In this document: positions 16,826 through 23,758 of the stretch, piece by piece | Layout of the letters: each line of letters starts with the position of its first letter | Position numbering within the stretch: position 1 is the first letter of the stretch | Virus record (IMG/VR): IMGVR_UViG_3300005253_001911 | DNA: 23,758 nt | Source: an uncultured virus (IMG/VR IMGVR_UViG_3300005253_001911) | Taxonomy: Duplodnaviria; Heunggongvirae; Uroviricota; Caudoviricetes | Reading direction: 5' to 3' (one strand) | Made by a program: the position numbers and the translations under genes | The notes under the pieces: generated by a model | What the model was told of the DNA's origin: nothing | The model's input: the letters and a program-made list of their open reading frames with translations, nothing else | Database searches by the model: none

Positions 16826-19800
16826 TTATCTTAGTTGAACTCCTGTAATCTGGATAGAATAGCCTGATAGAGTATCACCTGCTGTAGTTATTACTTGATG
16901 AATATTTCCATTTGAATCTGTAGACATCCATCCCTGAGTAATCACGTATAAATTATTTACTTGGGGATAAAGTTGTAATGTAACTTTAGCTACTGCGCTA
17001 CTTTCATAAAAAGTGACTCCTAATCCCGAAGAAACCGCAGAATCTTTCATTTGAACATAAGCATAAAGGGCTACTAAATTTTTAGGAATTTTACCATCGG
17101 ACAATACTTCAACATTCAGAGTTTTATCATCAGCAGCCAGCGGAGTTGATGTATCAGCTATATTTTTCACCGCTTCCAACCAAATAATCTCTTGTGGTAT
17201 AGATGTATAATTTCCCTCGCCGATGGAATTTCCAAATACAAGCATAGGTCTATTAAAATATGCCACATCCGATGAATCCCCATTAAGTAAAAGACGAATA
17301 GTAATTTGATCAGCAGCAGCATTAACTGAATGTGTTATTTCAGTCCATTGTTTAGAACCAGATGTTACAAAAGATGATTGTGTCAAATCAGTACCATCAA
17401 AAATTTCTAACTTGACATTATCATTACCTCCACTATTATCATAACACTCAATTCCAAAAGTTAAGTTTCTTCCCCGCATACCTCTAATAAGTGGTAGTGT
17501 TTCTTTCCAATCCGCATTCAATGTTACATACTCTGCCCCTGCCGCACCCTTAACTACTTTTAATCCATAAAATTCTGATACATAAGTCGAGTCGTCCTGT
17601 ACTCTAAGTAAATCAAGTGTTGATGTTTTCAACATTCCATCAGGCCCTAACGTATCAGCAGCTACACAACCAGGGGTGACCTCATAACAAGTAAAATCTT
17701 TCATCTCAAGATTTCCGCCCGCCATTGATGTTCCGACGAATATTACAGCTCTACCTGTAGCAGTAGATGTGACACACTCAAAAACAGCCGTATAAGTAAC
17801 AAATGACCCTGTTGTATTTATCGGTATACCAACTTGTGCTACGGTATCTCTAAATTTTAAACTTACATCGGTTGGAGATGCTGTTCCATCTTTTAATTTT
17901 GCAGATATTTTATATAATTTACCTGCTGTATAACTAATGTTAGGTAAATACATTTCCTCGCCCGGATTATCAGTACTCATTTCATAATGGTCTGTATCAA
18001 AAGCAAGTGCAGCCCCGCCTAATGTCCAATCACCTGTATCATCATTGGCGCAATCATCATCGGCAAGGGCACTTCCAACATTCTCTAAAGTACTATTAGA
18101 CCAAACTCCAAAGCCGCTATTAGTTAGTAGATTTTGTTTTAGTACAGCATTTGTTACTGCCCTTGAATCATCTACAAGTAAATATTGGGTATGGTCATCA
18201 TCTGATAATCCTGTCAATGCGCCGTGGTCAGTAGTTAAACTTCCAGTAGCCGTTACTACTCTACCTTCTATTTGACTTGCAGACCACAATTCTGTGGCAC
18301 TTGTACCACCATCATTAATTATTCTATGCTGTCCTACTGCATAATTAGTCAGCGCATCATGGTCTATGTCGGTAGTCAAATTATGGTTATTGATTATAGT
18401 GTTATGGTCAATACTTCCACTAACAGAAGCAAATGTGAAATGTTCGTTTGACTCAAAATTAGTCAGCGCATCATGGTCTATATCACCTTCATGCTGAGTA
18501 ACTGAAGCTGAAACAATATTATTGTCGTGTATATTATCCCCGCCGGCATCGCCAGTCCAGTCTATGTGCTCATTAGCTACGAAATCGGCAAAGCCGTTAT
18601 GGGTTAGGGCATCAATGTTGGTTTGTAAATCACCACTAATAGTAGTAATTTCAGATTCAGTATGGTATCTGTTATCTAATTGTCCGGCATCAAGTTCTGA
18701 TTCTGTGTAGTACCTTGTATCTCCTCTTGCATCAGTGTGGTATTGTGAATGGTCATCGTCTGTTAGTCCTGATAAATTTCCATGGTCAGTTACAAGAGTA
18801 GTACTAAAACTTGTGTCAAACACCGACTCAATAAAAGACGCGGTACCAGCGGACTCCTTAAATATTATACGACCAATCAACTTACCATGAGCATCTAAAC
18901 GAGCCGGCACAGTTGAAGGCGGAGTATCACCTTGGGCCGCAGCCAAAGTAGTATACTGAGCTTGCCCATATAAGGATACTAAGTCTCCATCAAGTTCTAT
19001 ATAAAAGTACTGTACGGAATGACGGTTAGGTGAAAGTGTTGCTAATCCGCCATCTCCATCGTCATATTGTGTATTATTCCATGTAGTTTGACCTGCTTCT
19101 TTTGTCCAACCATCACTACCATCTTGGTAATATCTATCAAAATTATCTGTACCAGAAGTAACTACTGCACTAATAGCAAATCGTGTTAATCTTTCCCAAA
19201 GTCCTCCTGCTGTTACAGTAATGTTTCTTGTACCATTCTCTCCAAGAATCAATCCTCCAGTCCTGTCATCCCTTTTAATAGGCATGGTTTGATAACTTCT
19301 CTGTATCATGGTATTAGCATGGTCACCTATAGCATGAGTGGCGTTTGTTACATGAAGAAATCCAGATTCATTAATTACTATTCCTAGAGGAAAATCTGTA
19401 GTGAAATCCCAGTCATAAGAAGACCTAACTACAGCTTGTGGAGACCCAGAATTATATTCTACACCAATATATCTCGTGGTATCTGTAGGTACTGATAAAG
19501 TACCTGAGGAAGTCCAATCAAAATAGGACACAGTTGCTACAGTAGAGTCCGTTGGTCTAATAAAACCTGTTCCCGCTGCAACAGCAACACTAGTTACCGT
19601 GCCGCTAGTAATAGTTCCGCCTGAAGACCATCCTGATGAATGAAATATATCCTGCATGTGCTGAGAAGTTGAGTACGTAGAACCAGCTATACGAGCCATA
19701 ACGACGTTATCGCCGTCAATATTAGTTATATTGTTTCCATCCCCATATAATGTATCAGCATATATATTGGCAAAAGGTGCAGACGAAGCTCCTATATCCA

Positions 19801-22150
19801 ATGTTCCAGAAGCGTTAGCTTGTATATTTCCTGTAAACGCTCTAGTACCATCCACAAGAGTATACTGGGTATGGTCATCATTTCCTAATCCAGCTATATT
19901 GCTGTGGTCTATATCACCTTCATGCTGAGTAACTGAAGCTGAAACAATATTATTGTCATGTATATTATCCCCGCCAGCGTCGGCTGTCCAGTCTATATGT
20001 TCATTAGTTACATAGTCAGCAAAGCCATCATGTGTTAGATTATCAATGTTAGATTGTAAATCGCCTGATATAGTTGTAATCTCAGATTCAGTATGGTATC
20101 TGTTATCTAATTGTCCAGCATCAAGTTCAGTTTCAGTGTAATACCTACCATCATGGCTTGAACCACTTTCATGAGTAGAAATATCACCATCTATTTCTGC
20201 ATCAACATAATCTTTTCTTGTCAGGTCAGCGATATTAAGAGGAGCCGCAGCAGTACTTCTTAAATTACCGCCAGTATAAATAAATCCTGCATCAGTAAGG
20301 AATTTATTATTAGTTCCATCCCAATAAGCAACACCACTATTTGTTGGACTTGTTTGTCTTGTTGCTACAGGTTGTTCTGAACCTGATATACCTACTACAA
20401 AATAATCGTTTGATTCATTAAACATAAATCTATAGTTAGTTTCGGAACCTCTATCAACTTCTATACCTGCTTCACCTTCTGTTACTCCCGCTCCTACTTC
20501 ACCGTTATTGATTACTAATAGATTATCCTCTATCAATACAGTTTCTACATTTGCAATAAACTGGGTTCCACTAACTATTAAGTTGCCGTCTATAATCAGA
20601 CTGACTGCGTGTCTTGTACCATCAGCCAGAATATACTGGGTATGGTCATCATCTGCTAATCCGCTTATACCGCCATGGTCAATATCTGCATTTGCCAATG
20701 TAATAGTTTGATTGCTGTCAATGGTTCCGCCGCCAGAAAGAATTCCGCCAGATGAAATAGATACAGTTGAATGTGCTATATGATTATCAGCCACATTATG
20801 TGTAGAAATGTCAACATCAATCTCGTTTGATAAATCACCACTCACTGTGGTAATCAAATTAGTATTAGCTGTAATAGCAGTTGTGTTAGTACCTACTATA
20901 CTATGGTCTGAACCGTCAGAACTTCTATGGGTAGTGTTGAGCGCAATAGCAGTAGTATTATTATCAACACCATTCTGTAAATCACCACTAATAGTAGTCA
21001 TCTCAGTGTCATTAATATATTGTGGATGGTCGTCATCTAATAGTCCAGAGATACTGCCGTGGTCTATCGACGCCTCTGTGAAATGTTCATCGGCCACATA
21101 GTCAGCAAACCCATCATGAGTTAGAGCATCAATGTTTGTTTGTAAATCGCCTGATGAAACAGTAAATGTTGCAATTGCCAATTTAGCATCTATTTGTGTC
21201 TGGATATCAGATGTGACACCATCAACATATCCCATTTCAGTCTGAGTAACAGAATTTCTCCAAGTATCGACCTCTGTTTCAGTATAATATCTTGCATCTC
21301 CACGAGCATTAGTATGATACTGTGAATGGTCATCATTTCCTAATCCAGTCAAATCAGCATGATAAACAACAGCGTCGCTTAAATTAACACTACCACTTAT
21401 AACTATACTTCCATCAGGAGAAGCTAAAACAATATTATCACCATCTGTAAAAAGAATTTTATTGCCATCCATATACAAACTGGATCCAGTTAAATAAATG
21501 GATCTGAACGGCAAAGCTAAAGATCCTATATCTATGGTCCCACTTACATTTGGTAATAAATCACCAGAAAATGCTCTGCTACTATCTGCAAGAAAATATT
21601 GTGTATGATCGTCATCGGATAATCCTGTCAATGCGCCGTGGTCAGTAGTTAAACTTCCAGTAGCCGTTACTACCCTACTTTCTATTTGACTGGCAGACCA
21701 TAATTCTGTGGCACTCATTCCAACATCATTGATTACCCTATGCTGCCCTATTACATAATTAGTCAAATTGTCATGATCAATGACTGTTTCGTCAAACCCT
21801 AATGTTTGACCACCGGCTCGGAGGGGTGTGCTTCCAGAAACTCCAGTTACATATTGAGTATGATCATTGTCATCTAGTCCGGTTACATTGCCATGATCTA
21901 TACTCGCTTCAGTAAAATGTTCGTTTGTAGCAAAATTAGTTGTCTGGTCGTGATCTATGTCTGAATTTGTAAGACCAATCTGTCTTGTTGCCACAATTGT
22001 TCCGCCGCCAGAAAGAATTCCACTTGCAGTTATTGAAACACTGCTATGCGCTACATGTTCATCTGCCACATAATTAGCGGTAGCATTATGATCTATATCT
22101 GAACTAATAAGCCCTGTTCCTGTATCAGACTTGGCGAAAATAACTGGCAT
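16826..22150 (-). CDS. Giant His/Asp-rich repeat virion fibre protein (tail-fibre/adhesin-like), ~1774 aa
   Basis: Thr/Ser/Gly/Asp-rich; about 16 H-x10-H modules; RY(Y/H)TE(T/S)E and TISGDLQ repeats; fibre-like segments (IEDNLLVINNGE..AGIEVDRG; DLTRKDYVD); C-terminal NLLTNSGF beta-sandwich/CBM-like region. Start set at ATG 22150 (GGAGG at 22156-22160). Confidence 0.65.
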   Translation of the reverse strand: MPVIFAKSDTGTGLISSDIDHNATANYVADEHVAHSSVSITASGILSGGGTIVATRQIGLTNSDIDHDQTTNFATNEHFTEASIDHGNVTGLDDNDHTQYVTGVSGSTPLRAGGQTLGFDETVIDHDNLTNYVIGQHRVINDVGMSATELWSASQIESRVVTATGSLTTDHGALTGLSDDDHTQYFLADSSRAFSGDLLPNVSGTIDIGSLALPFRSIYLTGSSLYMDGNKILFTDGDNIVLASPDGSIVISGSVNLSDAVVYHADLTGLGNDDHSQYHTNARGDARYYTETEVDTWRNSVTQTEMGYVDGVTSDIQTQIDAKLAIATFTVSSGDLQTNIDALTHDGFADYVADEHFTEASIDHGSISGLLDDDHPQYINDTEMTTISGDLQNGVDNNTTAIALNTTHRSSDGSDHSIVGTNTTAITANTNLITTVSGDLSNEIDVDISTHNVADNHIAHSTVSISSGGILSGGGTIDSNQTITLANADIDHGGISGLADDDHTQYILADGTRHAVSLIIDGNLIVSGTQFIANVETVLIEDNLLVINNGEVGAGVTEGEAGIEVDRGSETNYRFMFNESNDYFVVGISGSEQPVATRQTSPTNSGVAYWDGTNNKFLTDAGFIYTGGNLRSTAAAPLNIADLTRKDYVDAEIDGDISTHESGSSHDGRYYTETELDAGQLDNRYHTESEITTISGDLQSNIDNLTHDGFADYVTNEHIDWTADAGGDNIHDNNIVSASVTQHEGDIDHSNIAGLGNDDHTQYTLVDGTRAFTGNIQANASGTLDIGASSAPFANIYADTLYGDGNNITNIDGDNVVMARIAGSTYSTSQHMQDIFHSSGWSSGGTITSGTVTSVAVAAGTGFIRPTDSTVATVSYFDWTSSGTLSVPTDTTRYIGVEYNSGSPQAVVRSSYDWDFTTDFPLGIVINESGFLHVTNATHAIGDHANTMIQRSYQTMPIKRDDRTGGLILGENGTRNITVTAGGLWERLTRFAISAVVTSGTDNFDRYYQDGSDGWTKEAGQTTWNNTQYDDGDGGLATLSPNRHSVQYFYIELDGDLVSLYGQAQYTTLAAAQGDTPPSTVPARLDAHGKLIGRIIFKESAGTASFIESVFDTSFSTTLVTDHGNLSGLTDDDHSQYHTDARGDTRYYTESELDAGQLDNRYHTESEITTISGDLQTNIDALTHNGFADFVANEHIDWTGDAGGDNIHDNNIVSASVTQHEGDIDHDALTNFESNEHFTFASVSGSIDHNTIINNHNLTTDIDHDALTNYAVGQHRIINDGGTSATELWSASQIEGRVVTATGSLTTDHGALTGLSDDDHTQYLLVDDSRAVTNAVLKQNLLTNSGFGVWSNSTLENVGSALADDDCANDDTGDWTLGGAALAFDTDHYEMSTDNPGEEMYLPNISYTAGKLYKISAKLKDGTASPTDVSLKFRDTVAQVGIPINTTGSFVTYTAVFECVTSTATGRAVIFVGTSMAGGNLEMKDFTCYEVTPGCVAADTLGPDGMLKTSTLDLLRVQDDSTYVSEFYGLKVVKGAAGAEYVTLNADWKETLPLIRGMRGRNLTFGIECYDNSGGNDNVKLEIFDGTDLTQSSFVTSGSKQWTEITHSVNAAADQITIRLLLNGDSSDVAYFNRPMLVFGNSIGEGNYTSIPQEIIWLEAVKNIADTSTPLAADDKTLNVEVLSDGKIPKNLVALYAYVQMKDSAVSSGLGVTFYESSAVAKVTLQLYPQVNNLYVITQGWMSTDSNGNIHQVITTAGDTLSGYSIQITGVQLR
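18180..18350. repeat. Intragenic duplication B, copy 1 (copy 2 at ~21594-21765)
   Basis: 56-nt exact match between 18204-18259 and 21618-21673, within a ~170-nt similar block encoding GQHR.IND...SATELWSASQIE.RVVTATGSLTTDHGALTGLSDDDHTQY. Confidence 0.85.
18475..18715. repeat. Intragenic duplication A, copy 1 (copy 2 at ~19905-20146)
   Basis: ~240-nt near-identical block encoding RYYTE.ELDAGQLDNRYHTESEITTISGDLQ...HIDWT.DAGGDNIHDNNIVSASVTQHEGDIDH. Confidence 0.85.
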
Positions 22151-22201
22151 TTTTTCCTCCTTCAAGGATAATTTCTACTTAACAGTTTTTTTCCTTTAGA
22201 A

Positions 22202-22277
22202 ATTCTTTTGATTCAGCATTCTTTTGATCCGTGAAACGGATTATAATATTGTACTTATACATATAGTACTTATATAA
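22202..22277. other. AT-rich tract with short direct repeats (candidate DNA-unwinding element)
   Basis: attcttttgat twice (22202, 22218) and gtacttata twice (22251, 22266); very AT-rich at 22240-22277, abutting the palindromic repeats. Confidence 0.45.
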
Positions 22278-22345
22278 TACATAGCTCATATTGAGCTGTG
22301 TACATAGCTCATATTGAGCTGTGTCGTAGCTCATATTGAGCTATG
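22278..22345. repeat. Three tandem palindromic iteron-like repeats (AGCTCA-TAT-TGAGCT)
   Basis: Cores at 22283-22297, 22306-22320 and 22328-22342 (periods 23 and 22 nt); 22278-22300 and 22301-22323 are identical 23-mers; the third copy contains the stop codon of the rep-like gene. Confidence 0.9.
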
Positions 22346-23002
22346 ATAAATAATATTTCTCGATGTTAATGGTTTTCTATAGACGTCTTCGCATCCAAAT
22401 AATGTGTAAAACAAAGTGCCTTCTTCTGATATTCGTTTGTATAGAAACTCATTTATGTTGTCTACATGATCCTTAATAAATTGTTTGTAATCGGCTTTTA
22501 GACAATAAGCGTTTATACCGTCTACTTTTGGGGTAGTATATAAATTTTTGTTCTTTTTTTTCAAGACTATCTTTTCTTCTTCTATCTTACTTATTTGGTT
22601 TTCTATATCTTCGGACACCTGATTCTCAAATTTCACACACAAATGATATAATAGATATACACGGTCCTGACTATTTTTGTGTCTAAATCCTAAAAAGTAC
22701 CTGTTATTTCTAAATTTTTTACGTAATTTTACTATGATTCCTATATCGTGTAGATGATCTATAGATCGTTTGAGAGTTGAATAGGACATGTTTCCGATCT
22801 TATGTATTAATAAAGAATCATGTCTACTATTTACCACTAAAATACCGTTTTCATAGAATTTTCTATCTAATATTACACTATCCATCAGAGCTGTCAAAAC
22901 TACCTTATCATTAGTGGTTAAAATATATCGCCAATAATAACCCCTAGTTAGGCTATGCGAAAATTTCTGATAACCGCCCTCAAATAAATCTTTTAATTCC
23001 AT
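22331..23002 (-). CDS. Winged-helix DNA-binding protein, probable replication initiator, 223 aa
   Basis: Pattern of HTH_36-like phage initiator N-domains: LTTNDKVVLTAL...SLLIHKIGNMSYSTLKRSIDHLHDIGIIVK..RNNRYFL; adjacent to the iteron-like repeats; GGGAGA RBS. Confidence 0.6.
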   Translation of the reverse strand: MELKDLFEGGYQKFSHSLTRGYYWRYILTTNDKVVLTALMDSVILDRKFYENGILVVNSRHDSLLIHKIGNMSYSTLKRSIDHLHDIGIIVKLRKKFRNNRYFLGFRHKNSQDRVYLLYHLCVKFENQVSEDIENQISKIEEEKIVLKKKNKNLYTTPKVDGINAYCLKADYKQFIKDHVDNINEFLYKRISEEGTLFYTLFGCEDVYRKPLTSRNIIYHSSI

Positions 23003-23093
23003 AATTCTCCCTTTTCCTTAATTATTTTATATGTTTAAAGAACGGAAACTTATCACCTTCCTGCTTTTGTTCGTGATGATCACACTCTATAGT

Positions 23094-23232
23094 NNNNNNN
23101 NNNNNNNNNNNNNNNNNNNNNNNNNNNNNNNNNNNNNNNNNNNNNNNNNNNNNNNNNNNNNNNNNNNNNNNNNNNNNNNNNNNNNNNNNNNNNNNNNNNN
23201 NNNNNNNNNNNNNNNNNNNNNNNNNNNNNNNN
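23094..23232. other. Assembly gap (139 N)
   Basis: Run of N. Confidence 1.
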
Positions 23233-23758
23233 CTTCAAAATATTCTCTTCGGCATTATCAAACCAAGATATCGGCCTACGATGATCTATATGCCATTCAC
23301 CGTAATTTTCCCAAGACATGTTAGGTTCAAACTGTTTTTCAAGGTGTAATTTCAAATCTATTACAGTATATCCTACTAGATCTTCCCAATGACGGCCTGA
23401 TTTACTATATTTCAATGCCCTGCTTATATGGGCTGAGATATAACTTTTTAATTTAAATATAATATCTATGTGTCGTCTATCTCTTGTATGTTTGTTTATA
23501 ACAGACCTATTATTTTTACAGTATTGTTTTTGACGTTCCACTACAGCTTTCTTATTGTTCTTATAATATAGTTTTTGACGTTCTCTTATGGTTTTTTTAT
23601 TGTTCTTATAATATTGCCTGTAATATTCCGCTGCAGTTTTTTTGTTATTTTCATGATACTGCTTTTGATATTCTGTTATAGATTCTCTATTATTTTCATA
23701 GTAGAGTTTAACACATTCTTTACAACTAGAACATCTATACTCCTTAGATTTATTCTGC
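23233..23758 (-). CDS. HNH endonuclease with 15-aa helical repeats, partial (start beyond right edge, stop probably in the N gap)
   Basis: Frame is open to the window edge: CSSCKEC, then about five Y..NN(K/R)..I.E.Q(K/R)Q repeats, then LVGYT..DLK.HLEKQF...MSWENYGEWHIDHRRP, a recognisable HNH subfamily motif. Confidence 0.8.

Noticed and set aside
205..21101. Plus-strand ORFs and nested alternative-frame minus ORFs in the ORF track (e.g. 205-504, 931-1161, 3457-3852, 8318-8782, 12929-13189, 15075-15434, 20808-21101)
   Set aside because: They lie antisense to or inside well-supported genes and lack recognisable motifs; typical shadow ORFs.
18180..21765. Duplicated blocks as DGR template/variable repeats
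   Set aside because: Both copies are in-frame coding sequence, differences are mostly synonymous and not adenine-specific, they are not at the C-terminus, and no reverse transcriptase is in the window.
22240..22333. Read-through or frameshift extension of the rep-like gene across the repeats
   Set aside because: All three frames meet stop codons within or just after the repeats.
22278..22345. Palindromic repeats as a mini-CRISPR array
   Set aside because: Only 7-8 nt separate the 15-nt cores, there are no unique spacers of CRISPR length, and no cas genes are present.
23031..23324. ORFs spanning the N run (23031-23324 + and the 23080 end of the minus ORF)
   Set aside because: Their continuity is an artefact of translating through 139 N; the true HNH stop is unknown.
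1..23758. Stop-codon reassignment, as in some large phages
   Set aside because: Genes are full length under code 11, and TAG, TAA and TGA all occur at sensible gene ends.

Overview
AT-rich fragment of a large tailed dsDNA bacteriophage (Caudoviricetes), standard genetic code, with essentially all genes on the minus strand and mostly strong GGAGG/GGAG-type ribosome-binding sites, which points to a bacterial host. In transcription order (right to left): partial HNH endonuclease and an assembly gap; a winged-helix replication-initiator-like gene ending in three palindromic iteron-like repeats plus an AT-rich tract (candidate origin); a ~1770-aa His/Asp-rich repeat fibre protein; an accessory cluster of ClpP, a coiled-coil protein, a volactin/Mad28-like actin, a cold-shock protein and a DIP1984-like protein; GIY-YIG endonuclease, dNMP kinase, two tandem 9-codon minigenes, HD protein, Zn-ribbon protein and a NusG paralog; then the packaging/head module (HNH, NUMOD3 protein, TerS, TerL, holin-like protein, HNH, portal, prohead protease, small virion protein, scaffold, decoration protein, 5' end of the major capsid gene). 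The most notable candidates are a phage-encoded actin/adaptor system, the NusG paralog at the head of the late genes, the rep-iteron origin and the tandem minigenes. All family calls come from motif recognition by eye; no database searches were run.
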